Origin: Dendrobates tinctorius
Taxonomy: Eukaryota
Length of the DNA: 64,000 bases
Direction: 5' to 3'
NCBI RefSeq assembly: GCF_039654945.1
Contig: NW_027361819.1
Coordinates: 5,828,001 to 5,892,000 of the forward strand
A program made the translations under genes and the position numbers. Below are positions 13,821-27,317 of the stretch, piece after piece; the first letter of the stretch is position 1, and every line of letters begins with the position of its first letter. Under the pieces are notes generated by a model, which was not told the origin of the DNA, made no database searches, and worked only from the letters and a program-made list of their open reading frames with translations.

Positions 13821-16800
13821 AGGAGCAGTATTATAATAGTTATATTCTTGTACACAGAGGGCAGTATTATAGTAGTTATATTCTTGTACATAGGGGGCAG
13901 TATTATAGTAGTTATATTCTTGTACATAGGAGGAGTATTATAGTAGTTATATTCTTGTACATAGGGGCAATATTATAGTAGTTATATTCTTGTACATAGG
14001 GGCAGTATTATAGTAGTTATGTTCTTGTCTATAGGGGCAGTATTATAGTAGTTATATTCTTGTACATAGGGGCAGTATTATAGTAGTTATGTTCTTGTAC
14101 ATAGGGGCAGTATTATAGTAGTTATATTCTTGTCTATAGGGGCAGTATTACAGTAGTTATGTTCTTGTACATAGGAGCAGTATTATAGTAGCTTTATTCT
14201 TGTACATAGGGGCAGTATTATAATAGTTATATTCTTGTACATAGGGGCAGTATTATAGTAGTTATATTCTTGTACATAGGGGCAGTATTATAGTAGTTAT
14301 ATTCTTGTACATAGGGGGCAGTATTATAGTAGTTATTCTTGTACATAGTAGCAGTATTATAGTAGTTATATTCTTGTACATAGGGGCAGTATTATAGTAG
14401 TTATATTCTTGTACATAGGAGCAGTATTATAGTAGTTATATTCTTGTACATAGGGAGCAGTATTATAGTAGTTATATTCTTGTACATAGGAGCAGTATTA
14501 TAGTAGTTGTATTCTTGTACATAGGAGCAGTATTATGGTGGCTATATTCTTGTACATACGGACAGTATTATAGTAGTTATATTCTTGTACATAGGGAGCA
14601 GTATTATAGTAGTTATATTCTTGTACATAGGAGCAGTATTATAGTAGTTGTATTCTTGTACATAGGAGCAGTATTATGGTGGCTATATTCTTGTACATAC
14701 GGGCAGTATTATAGTAGTTATATTCTTGTACATAGGAGCAGTATTATAGTAGTTATATTCTTGTACACAGGGAGCAGTATTATAGTAGTTATATTCTTGT
14801 ACATAGGAGCAGTATTATAGTAGTTATATTCTTGCACATAGGGGGCAGTATTATAGTAGTTATATTCTTGTACATAGGAGCAGTATTATAGTAGTTATAT
14901 TTTTTATACATACGGGCAGTATTATAGTAGTTATATTCTTGTACATAGGAGCAGTATTATAGTAGTTATATTCTTGTACATAGGGAGCAGTATTATAGTA
15001 GTTATATTCTTGTACATAGGGGCAGTATTATAGTAGTTATATTCTTGTACTTAGGGGCAGTATTATAGTAGTTATATTCTTGTCTATAGGGGCAGTATTA
15101 CAGTAGTTATATTCTTGTACATAGGGGACAGTATTATAGTAGTTATATTCTTGTACATAGGAGCAGTATTATAGTAGCTTTATTCTTGTACATAGGGGCA
15201 GTATTATAATAGTTATATTCTTGTACATAGGGGCAGTATTATAGTAGTTATATTCTTGTACATAGGGGCAGTATTATAGTAGTTATATTCTTGTACATAG
15301 GGGGCAGTATTATAGTAGTTATTCTTGTACATAGTAGCAGTATTATAGTAGTTATATTCTTGTACATAGGGGCAGTATTATAGTAGTTATATTCTTGTAC
15401 ATAGGAGCAGTATTATAGTAGTTATATTCTTGTACATAGGGGCAGTATTATAGTAGTTATATTCTTGTACATAGGGGGCAGTATTATAGTAGTTATTCTT
15501 GTACATAGTAGCAGTATTATAGTAGTTATATTCTTGTACATAGGGGCAGTATTATAGTAGTTATATTCTTGTACATAGGAGCAGTATTATAGTAGTTATA
15601 TTCTTGTACATAGGGAGCAGTATTATAGTAGTTATATTCTTGTACATAGGAGCAGTATTATAGTAGTTGTATTCTTGTACATAGGAGCAGTATTATAGTG
15701 GCTATATTCTTGTACATACGGGCAGTATTATAGTAGTTATATTCTTGTACATAGGAGCAGTATTATAGTAGTTATATTCTTGTACATAGGAGCAGTATTA
15801 TAGTAGTTGTATTCTTGTACATAGGAGCAGTATTATGGTGGCTATATTCTTGTACATACGGGCAGTATTATAGTAGTTATATTCTTGTACATAGGAGCAG
15901 TATTATAGTAGTTATATTCTTGTACATAGGGAGCAGTATTATAGTAGTTATATTCTTGTACATAGGAGCAGTATTATAGTAGTTATATTTTTTATACATA
16001 CGGGCAGTATTATAGTAGTTATATTCTTGTACATAGGAGCAGTATTATGGTGGTTATATTCTTGTACATAGGAGCAGTATTATAGTAGTTATATTCTTGT
16101 ACATAGGAGCAGTATTATAGTAGTTATATTCTTGTACATAGGAGCAGTATTATAGTAGTTATATTCTTGTACATAGGGGGCAGTATTATAGTAGTTATAT
16201 TCTTGTACATAGGAGCAGTATTATGGTGGTTATATTCTTGTACATAGGAGCAGTATTATAGTAGTTATATTCTTGTACATAGGAGCAGTATTATAGTAGT
16301 TATATTCTTGTACATAGGGGGCAGTATTATAGTAGTTATATTCTTGTACATAGAGGCAGTATTATAGTAGTTATATTCTTGTACATAGGAGGCAGTATTA
16401 TAGTAGTTATATTCTTGTACACAGGAGCAGTATTATAGTAGTTATATTCTTGTACATAGGAGCAGTATTATAGTAGTTATATTCTTGTACATAGGGGCAG
16501 TATTATAGTAGTTATATTCTTGTACATAGGAGCAGTATTATAGTAGTTATATTCTTGTACATAGGGAGCAGTATTATAGTAGTTATATTCTTGTACATAG
16601 GAGCAGTATTATAGTAGTTATATTTTTTATACATACGGGCAGTATTATAGTAGTTATATTCTTGTACATAGGAGCAGTATTATGGTGGTTATATTCTTGT
16701 ACATAGGAGCAGTATTATAGTAGTTATATTCTTGTACATAGGGGCAGTATTATAGTAGTTATGTTCTTGTCTATAGGGGCAGTATTATAGTAGTTATATT

Positions 16801-18390
16801 CTTGTACATAGGGGCAGTATTATAGTAGTTATGTTCTTGTACATAGGGGCAGTATTATAGTAGTTATATTCTTGTCTATAGGGGCAGTATTACAGTAGTT
16901 ATATTCTTGTACATAGGGGACAGTATTATAGTAGTTATATTCTTGTACATAGGAGCAGTATTATAGCAGCTTTATTCTTGTACATAGGGGCAGTATTATA
17001 ATAGTTATATTCTTGTACATAGGGGCAGTATTATTGTAGTTATATTCTTGTACATAGGGGCAGTATTATAGTAGTTATATTCTTGTACATAGGGGGCAGT
17101 ATTATAGTAGTTATTCTTGTACATAGTAGCAGTATTATAGTAGTTATATTCTTGTACATAGGGGCAGTATTATAGTAGTTATATTCTTGTACATAGGAGC
17201 AGTATTATAGTAGTTATATTCTTGTACATAGGGAGCAGTATTATAGTAGTTATATTCTTGTACATAGGAGCAGTATTATAGTAGTTGTGTTCTTGTACAT
17301 AGGAGCAGTATTATAGTGGCTATATTCTTGTACATACGGGCAGTATTATAGTAGTTATATTCTTGTACATAGGAGCAGTATTATAGTAGTTATATTCTTG
17401 TACATAGGAGCAGTATTATAGTAGTTGTATTCTTGTACATAGGAGCAGTATTATGGTGGCTATATTCTTGTACATACGGGCAGTATTATAGTAGTTATAT
17501 TCTTGTACATAGGAGCAGTATTATAGTAGTTATATTCTTGTACATAGGGAGCAGTATTATAGTAGTTATATTCTTGTACATAGGAGCAGTATTATAGTAG
17601 TTATATTTTTTATACATACGGGCAGTATTATAGTAGTTATATTCTTGTACATAGGAGCAGTATTATGGTGGTTATATTCTTGTACATAGGAGCAGTATTA
17701 TAGTAGTTATATTCTTGTACATAGGAGCAGTATTATAGTAGTTATATTCTTGTACATAGGAGCAGTATTATAGTAGTTATATTCTTGTACATAGGGGGCA
17801 GTATTATAGTAGTTATATTCTTGTACATAGGAGCAGTATTATGGTGGTTATATTCTTGTACATAGGGAGCAGTATTATAGTAGTTATATTCTTGTACATA
17901 GAAGCAGTATTATAGTAGTTATATTCTTGTACATAGGGGGCAGTATTATAGTAGTTATATTCTTGTACATAGAGGCAGTATTATAGTAGTTATATTCTTG
18001 TACATAGGAGGCAGTATTATAGTAGTTATATTCTTGTACACAGGAGCAGTATTATAGTAGTTATATTCTTGTACATAGGGGCAGTATTATAGTAGTTATA
18101 TTCTTGTACATAGGGAGCAGTATTATAGTAGTTATATTCTTGTACATAGGAGCAGTATTATGGTGGTTATATTCTTGTACATAGGGAGCAGTATTATAGT
18201 AGTTATATTCTTGTACATAGGGGCAGTATTATAGTAGTTATATTCTTGTACATAGGAGCAGTATTATAGTAGATATATTCTTGTACATAGGGGCAATATT
18301 ATAATAGTTATATTCTTGTACATAGGAGGCAGTATTATAATAGCTATATTCTTTTACATGAGAAACAGCGTTATAATGGTTATATTGTTG
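13821..18390. repeat. 35-bp satellite array, second copy (~130 units)
   Basis: Same unit and same right-hand junction as 1-2700. Confidence 0.97.
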
Positions 18391-18975
18391 TATATATAGT
18401 GTGGTAGATCAGCTCACTCAGCTGTACATGGAGGTAGACACGGGAACACTGGCGCTTTTAGGAATGTCCTTGGTTTATTAGCACTAACCACAGTTCTTGT
18501 ATTAGCGGGGATCAGCCCGCTCAGGGTTAGCAAGACCCACGGTTCAGGAATTAGCAAAACACAAACACTTCTCTGGAGTGTTTCCCTCCAGACACTGAAC
18601 ACTGCTGCTTCTGGAAGCCAGCTACTTAAGCCCCAGACCAAACCCTGGGGAGGAGATAAGGTGGACATCTTCCCACCCACTCTATGATTGTCCACAAAAA
18701 TCCCAGCCATTATACAAATTAGCTGTTAACCCTTCACAGCACTTAGTGTGCTGGAGGAAAATCTCTGGGTCTTACATCACTGATGCCATTAAGCGCAGTG
18801 AAACATATCTCCCTTCCAGCACCTTGCCAGTGACTTTGTCATGATGGGCAGTAGTTGACTTTTGACTTTAATGTAATTTACTATGTACCCATTCAGAATG
18901 GTTGTAGTTTCTTTTTTAACTTCCACTTATTTCAGTATTGAATATTTCTTTATATTTTTATTTTCATCTCTGCAG

Positions 18976-21900
18976 ATAAAGAGAAAGTATTTCAACAATT
19001 GGTGGAACAGCTGGATGTGAAGACACACTTGACAACAAAGCTTTCCTTGAGTGAAGTCCTAAGTATTGGCCCAGAGAACATAAATGTTCTACCACAACAG
19101 ATTAAGGATATTATATGGCATGTCCTGAGAAAACTTATGGCTTTAAACCAAACAGCACGGAATATTGAGCTGCAGCAAGATCCTTCTACCCAGGAACCTA
19201 ATGATGAAGATGATGATAACTATGAAGATATGTTTGAAGATTGCATAAAAAAATATCAGTCTTGTCCCATCAACCCACTGGACATTCTTTGTGTTCTCCT
19301 TCATTGTTCAGACAGTTTTCTTCAACAGGAAATTTTAAAGAAAATGTCCATGTGCCAGTTCTCAGTTCCACTTTTGCTTCCCTCTGGTGATGGTTCAAGA
19401 TTCACCTTCATGCTTTGGGCAATGAGAGATATTGTGAAGAAATGGAGACCTCAGTCTCTAGCAGATAGTAAAGGGTTCAGAGAAGACAATGTGGTGAATA
19501 TTGAGATGCCGATCTTCTCTTTCGTCAGGTTGGGGCCAAATAAATTATCTAAATCTAAACTACTAAACCAGGTTCTTAACCCAGCTCAACATCATCACGA
19601 GTTCTTCATACATGACAACATGGAAGGAGGAAACATTGAGAGGAAGATATCTGATGGGCTGGTGGAAATGTCCTGGTATTTTCCTTGTGGAAATTCTGAT
19701 GTTTTCTCAGAGCCGATTGCTGTGGTCAATCTACGTGGAGACCTGGAGTCCAACAGGGAGCAGTTCACCTTCCTCACTCGGATCTCATCGGCCACCTTTA
19801 TATTTATTGAGACTATGAGTGAGAGACAATTCAGGTTGCTATCCTCCTTCAATCCCAATGACACTGAGTTTTATTTCATAGTTTCTCCAGGTAAAGACAA
19901 GGTTGTCGACTCAGAGACAAGAAAACATCTGATGAACCTGATGAAAAGGTTTCAAATTGGTAAAAAACATATTTTAACAAAGGGAAGCAATGCCAATGAT
20001 GCTGAATTCGTGAAACAAATACAAATAACCATTGAAAGGTTTTTTAGAGCAGATCACAAAACTTCATGTATAGAAAGTCTGAAAAACCACAGATACGAAC
20101 TTCACATTGATGTGGATGAAAATTTTCCGGAATGTCAAAAAGCGAGAGCGCATGCATGTAACATCACTTCACTCATCACAAATGTGGAAGAATATAAAAG
20201 GGAGACACTGAAACTTCAAGGGGATCTTTGGAAACAATTGGCTAAAGTGGAAAAAGAGCTATGTAGAATGACAAAACAAGGAGGGCGAGACACACATACG
20301 TATGAGACTGAATTAAAACAGCAGCGGATCTCACTGCACCGGGAACAGAACCAACATGACTTGCCGAATGGCATTATGTTATTCATCAACGCTATAACTC
20401 ATTTGTCTCGGGAAGAAAAACACTATTTCTTAAAGTGGATGAAGTTTGAACTTGATTTAATAGCTAGAAAAAATGTAACTGAACTACAAGTGGAATACAA
20501 AGAAAAATCCAAGTCCAATAATTCAGAAGAGCTTAAAAAGATAGACCAGAAATTATCTGATAGCTCCCTCGGGTTAGAACATTTCCTTCGAGAGTTGGGA
20601 CAATTTTATGAGGCAGAATGTTCCATGATAAAAGAAGACATACTTCCAGAGCACAGGAGACAGTTTGGTGGACTGCCAGCAATAGCTGCCGACTTACTTC
20701 TCGATGGTTTTCCATTGGAATTAATTGATGGAGATGCTTCTAATATCCCCATGAAATGGGTAACTGATGTATTGACTGAACTAAATGAAAAAAATGGACT
20801 AAAAAGTAAGATGGCAGTGATAACTGTGCTGGGAGTGCAGAGTACGGGGAAGTCCACTCTCCTGAACACCATGTTTGGTCTACAGTTCCCTGTGGCCAGT
20901 GGTCGATGTACACGAGGAGCCTTCATGACTCTAATTAAAGTGAAGGAGAACTTCCAGCAGGTGATGGGTTGTGCATGCATTCTAGTTATTGACACTGAAG
21001 GGTTGAAAGCTCCTGAATTGGCTTCTCTTGATGACAGTTATGAACATGACAATGAATTAGCAACATTAGTCATTGGGTTGAGTGACATTGCTATAGTCAA
21101 CATGTCCATGGAAAATGCAACAGAAATGAAAGATATTTTACAGATTGTGGTCCATGCGTTCCTTAGGATGAAAGAAGTTGGAAAGAAGCCAAGCTGTCAG
21201 TTTGTTCATCAGAACGTAGGTGATGTGTCCGCACATGAGAACACGCTGAGAGACAGGAAAACACTTCTGGAACAGTTAGATGAAATGACAAAAGTGGCTG
21301 CAGCTATGGAAAAGAGAAGGGGAATCACAGCATTCACTGATGTGATGGACTACGATGTCGAGAAGCACAACTGGTATATTCCTGGGTTGTGGCTTGGAGA
21401 CCCACCAATGGCTCCTGTGAATTCTGGCTACAGTGAAAATGTCTTCAAGCTAAAACAGTATCTGCTTGATTTCATGAAATCCCAAAACAGATCTTCCAAC
21501 ATTCTGGGGTTTATTACTTGGTTAGAAAGTTTGTGGAATGCTGTGAAACATGAGAAATTCATTTTTAGTTTCCTAAACAGTTTGGTGGCTGAAGCTTACA
21601 ATAACTTGTCTGTGAATTTTTCTCATTGGGAGTGGGAGTTGCAGAAAAAGGTCTACAACTGGATCACCAGCACAGAAAACAAAATAGAGAATCAGTCAGC
21701 TGAGAACTTGGGCAGACACACGGTTACCGAGTACAGGGGCGACCTTGAACAGCTGCTGCTCAAGGAGGAAACTAAAATGCTGGAACAGCTGGAAAAGTAT
21801 TTTGAAAATAGGTTGGAAAATGTGAATCTTGTAGAACGGCATCGAGAAGATTTCATACAGAGTGCAAAATTCTTAAGAAAAGAACTTGAAAGAAACGCTG

Positions 21901-23681
21901 TCAGTAAATGCAACGAGGCTATTTCTATTAAAAAAGGGAAGTATGAGATCCAGAAGATCCAAAATGAGTATCAACAACTCATAGAAGAAAAGATCACAAA
22001 TCTCCTGGAAAGCTGTAAAAAGAAGAACCTGGAACTGAGCGATGAAGAAATAAAACAGGAATTTGAGTGGATGTGGGAAGAGACACTATCAGAATTACAG
22101 ATAGAGACATTGCATCGGAGAAATGTGTGCGAAGCAATGTTACACCAGGTGAAGACTGACCTCAGCAGAAGAGGACCTGTCATAAGTCAGACTTTGGTCC
22201 ACATAAATGATTTAGAAGACTATGCAAATCAACCTTTTTCCATGAATAAAGACTATGTTGATCAGTCTATGGTTTCACATATTGCAAACAGATTGGGTTT
22301 TGGTAACGAACCTTATGATAAGGTAGGAGATCTTGCCACCTCACTGATAGACATGTGTAATAAATATGTCACAGAGAAAGTAAGAACCTCTTCAGACTAT
22401 GATGATATGTACAGCCAGGAACTATTGTACAAGATTAACACAAAACTTCAGAGTAGAAACAAAAAGCTTAACTTCTCACCAGAGTTTGAGTTGCACATCA
22501 AACTTTTCATCTTCGCGAAGGCATCAAAAATGTTTCAGAAGATGCATGACGTCTTCATACAAAAAAACGACCCTAAAAAATGTTTAGAAAACCTGAAACC
22601 TCAGTATTTGACAACATTTCTCAGTATATTTAAAGAGAAGGATGAAAGCTGGACTAGAGTCAGACAGTTTTGTGAGAGATGTCTAAAGCCGGCCATCATG
22701 GAATACATCTTCAAACATCTGGGAGAAAAGATGGTAGATGACATTTTAAATGGTGTCGATAATATGAGGTTCAGCAGCAGAAGTTATTTTCAATGTAACA
22801 TGTTGACAAATTTACTGGAAGAAATGTCTTTTGAAAAATATGTACAATACATCAATTCATATGAGGAATTTTCAAAAACCTGGATCCTGAATTATATCAC
22901 AGACAAATATCAATTCACGGAAACCTTAGGACCATTGTACGAAAATATCTTTTCTTTCATTTGTGCCAAAATTATAATCGTTCTGCAAGATAAAACTTTT
23001 CTTCAAAGTGAGAATGTTTCTTCATTTTTGGAAAGTATTTGCGAGAAGTTGAACGGAGAATTAGTGATTTCACAGACCGAAATGAAAGTCATTAAGTTCC
23101 ATAACACAGTGAAGGTGGAGCAATTTGCCTCTAAGATTCAGGATTTACTGACAGAAATGAAAGATCAAGTCCTATCAGATCTGAAATCTATGAATCTGGA
23201 CACCGTGCTTTCCAGAGTCACACTGAAACCTCAGGATGAGTTATTGAAGAAAGTGATTGGATGTGGACATCAGTGTCCGTTCTGTAAAGTCCCCTGTGAG
23301 GCCGGAGGAGCCGACCATAGGGAGCACTTTGCGTCTGTCCACAGACCTCAAGGTTTGGGGAAATACAGATGGGAAAAAAAAGAAGATTTAGTGACAGATA
23401 TTTGTTCCATGGCCGTTGTGTCTGCAACCAGTTTTAAAAACTCTGACACTGGTGGTAAATATCACCCCTACAAAGAGTATCGCACATACTATCCAAACTG
23501 GACCATCCAACCCGACCCCAGCATCGAGTCTTCGGATTATTGGAAATTTGTCGTTGCCCAATTTAATGAAGAATTTGCTAAAGAATATAAAGCTAAACCA
23601 GCTAAACTGCCCGAGGACTGGCACCAAATCATGGATATTCAGGCTCTTGAAAGTATACAGAAAGTTTTCAATTTGTATTAA
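18976..23681 (+). CDS. gvin1: Very large inducible GTPase terminal coding exon, copy B (~99.8% identical to copy A)
   Basis: Same acceptor (AG 18974-18975). The 1560-aa ORF differs from copy A at 4 visible residues (I>K, F>L, N>D, L>I). Confidence 0.9.
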
Positions 23682-23845
23682 CTAGATTAAGTGAAGGAAC
23701 CTTGGCTTCTGATCTTCCTTGTAATATCTGTTTTCGTTACTTTCAATATTTCAATCTAAATATCAACCAATGAAAATGTCGTTAAAACAACACAATCTAT
23801 AAAAAAAAAAACCTTGTTATACAATGATACTATATAGATATAGTA

Positions 23846-24051
23846 CAGGATCGGCCATTTATATGGCTACATCTGAGTGGACCATTTATAAAGCTGCATC
23901 CAAAATGGCCAACTTCAAAATGGCCGCCATGGTCACCACCCATCTTGAAAAGTTTCCCCCCTCCCATATGCTAATGTGCCACAAACAGGAAGTTGATATC
24001 ACCATCCATTCCCATTTAAGTTAGGTGTATCCATATACATGGCCCACCCTG
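23846..24051. mobile_element. Tc1/mariner-type MITE, duplicated copy
   Basis: Copy of 8161-8366, TA-flanked. Confidence 0.7.
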
Positions 24052-25505
24052 TATATAACTGGTAGCTATTATACAGTATATTGGAAATAATTGATAATTT
24101 TCTATAAATATCATACACTCATTAATAAAATCTTTTCATCACAATTTGAATTTGTTGGGAATGTTTTATTGAGAAACTCTAAGCAATCAACACAAGAACG
24201 GGTTGCTTGGACAGAAATACAAACCTTACAGATTATAATTCTGCACACGGATGCTCTTCGGGATTTCTGACTTGATCCTTCACAAGCATCTAGTATTGAC
24301 CAACAAATAAAGGGAAAATCCCACAGAACCGTTTTTTTAGAATATGCAAAAATGTTTATTACAATAATTTTATTTTTCCTGCTTCTTTTATCTCCACTTT
24401 TTGTAAAGTAAATACAAATTATGCCAAACCCATTAATGAAGAATTAAGAAAATTGCTAAGAAACTAAAGAAAATACCAAACCACCTACCTCATTACAACT
24501 TGCATGGTTTCCTTATTAACATCCCTTCTTCAGTTGACCCCACAGTGATGAAATATTTTGTATTTTGAGTAACCAGCCCCATTTACATTATATATTTATA
24601 GGGATGGATCTGGCTTAGAGTTGAGCGACTTTTGGTTTTTTAGGGTCGCGTTTCGTTTCGTGAAACCCGACTTTTCCAAAAGTCGGGTCGAGCAAGATCG
24701 TCCGATTATAGGGAAAAGTCGGGGTCGTCCCGAAACACGAAACCCAATGTAAGTCAATGGGGAATAAAAGTCGGCAGTGAGAGGAGGACAGGAAACACAC
24801 CTACAGTGCCCATTTGAATGCCAAAAGCATCAATTCTTCTTTCTTAAGCTTGTCAACCTTAATTAACTTCATAATACAAGTTGCGAACTGAAAAATGGGG
24901 GTTATTTGGCTACAAACTGTGGGGGGGGAGGGCTGGCTCCAGGTTTTCATGTGCCCTGGGCGAAAGAGCGCCCCTTTAACACATACCACAACTCATCATG
25001 CTCCGATACGGCAGAGAAATAGCGGTATAGTACAATGAAAAATACCTCACTTTTTACATCTCATTACGAGGCCCATCTATTTCTCCATACAGAATCATTG
25101 GTCCCATATAATGTTTGAAACAGTATATGATGAGCTCCACATAATGCTACAGTATATGTTGGTCCCCATGGATGAAGCTCCACTGTCTTATGGGCCCAAA
25201 TAATGCTCCAAACATAATGGGCCCCAATTCTAATGCTCTAGTGTATAATGGGCCCTGTAAATGCTGCTCCAGTGTCTGATGTCCACCTTTGGAATGTTCC
25301 AGTGTATGGTGGGCCCCATCTATCATTCTCCAGAGTATAGTGCTCCCCAAAAATTGCTGTCCCAACATTGAAAACAATCAAATAAGTCTCCTCACTAGGG
25401 AATCCCTGTACTAGTCTGGACAGGTGCTGTAGCTTGCTTAACAGCTCGCCAGCCGTTCTCACGCCCAGTATGGATTACACGTGATTGCACAAAGGTGAGA
25501 AAGGG

Positions 25506-27246
25506 TACCGTGGGCTAGGCAGCACTGTCCCACCACCGCTGTCCCCTGTGGACCCTGCATCCACCACATTAACCCAGTGCGCAGTGATGGACACGTAACG
25601 GCCCTGGCCATGCCGACTGGACCATGCATCAGTTGTGAGGTGCACCTTTCCGCTCACTGACTGCTTGAGTGCATGGACAATGCGGTCTTTCACATGATGG
25701 TGGAGGGCTGGGATGGCTTTGCGAGAGAGGAAGTGGCGACTGGGTAGGTCATAGCGTGGTACTGCATAGGCCATGAGTTCGCAGAAAGCTGTGCTTTCCA
25801 CCAACCGAAAGGGCATCATCTCAAACGAGATTAGTTTGGCAATGTGGGCGTTCAAACCCAGTGTACGCGGATGAGAGACTGAGTACTTTCTTGACCTACT
25901 CATAGTGTCTGGGAGGGTGAGCTGGACTTGAGAGCTGCATATGGTGGAAGTAGCGGTGGACAGGGCGGACTGAGAGAGGGTTGATGATGGTGATGGAGTT
26001 GGTGTTCTTTCTGATGGCCTAGAATCAGTCTTTCGTTGATATAACAGTGGGATTCCCTGACTGCTGTAGCCTTGCAACGACACCTCAACATTTGCTGCTG
26101 TGCTAACCGGTGGGCTTACAGTGGGGGAAACATGTAGCGTTGCTGACTACCTTCGTTGTGATCAGTTGCACATGTGGCACTTGAGGTTTGGTGTTGTGTC
26201 CACGCTTGCAAGTGCATGGTGTTTAAATGTCTAAGCATGCAACTCGTATTCAAATTTTTCAGATTTTTCCCTCGGCTAAAGGTCTTTGCGCACTTCTTAC
26301 AGATAACCTTGGCCTGATCATGAGGATTTTGTTCAAAAAAGTGCCACACTGCACTCTTCCTACTTTGGCAGACATTTTGCGGCCTAGCACGCTGTGATCT
26401 TTTGACCCTCTGGACAAGCTGTCCAGCAACTCTTTTGATTTTTGGAACCTGTCTTTGGAGTGCTCCGGGCCTGCCGGATAACAGCTGTTGCGATGTCGAT
26501 GTCTGCTGTGGATGCTCCTCATCTGAGCTATTGGAAGCAGCACCCTCTTCCCCCAATGGATGCCAATCTGGGTCAACAACTGGGTCATCCATCACCTCCT
26601 CTTCAATGTCATGTGCACCTTCCTCTGTGTCACCGTGTATGGTGGTATAGTGTGCGGGAAGGGGCACCTGAGTCTCATCAGGGTCAGAATCTGGCTCTGT
26701 ACACTGCGAGGACAATGTAGTGCTCTGAGTGAATGTACCAGCAGAATCATCCATCAGCGGCTGTGCATCAGCGCACTCCATGTCAGATTCATCTTGGCCT
26801 GGGTAATTCACCATTTCACTTGATAATCCAGGCATGGTATGTGAAAACAGCTCCATGGAGTAATCAGTAGTATGGCCTGCGTCATCCTTCAATCTTGGTT
26901 GGGGTGAAGGACACAAGGAAAGGTGTGGTTCATGAACATGAGCCTCCAATGACGACTCAGTGCTTTTACTTTTTACAACTGAAGAGGAGGCGATAGAGCT
27001 GGAGGCTGAGTCAGCAATGTAAGACAAAACTTTTTCCTGATGCTCTGGCTTTAAAAGCCGTTTGCCAACTCCTAGAAAACTAAGCATTCGAGGCCTTATG
27101 TAGCCAGACGATGACGCAGGCTCAACACCTCCTGCATTCGGTCCTATTTTGCTCTTGCCACTACCATCAGATCCACCACCAACACCATCATTACCAGCTG
27201 CCAACCCCCGCCCAATTCCACGGCCTCTTCCACCAGCCTTCCTCAT
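25506..27246 (-). pseudogene. N-terminal half of hAT transposase (MRKAGGRGRG..., BED finger, first catalytic Asp)
   Basis: ATG at 27246. A 1-bp deletion near 26132 relative to copy A. Cut off by a 2431-bp deletion at TACCGT (25506-25511). Confidence 0.88.
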
Positions 27247-27317
27247 TTTTGGTAGAAATGTAGACAAAATCCAACAAACTATATAGTATGTAAAACAAGG
27301 TGTCTATAGGACAGGGG

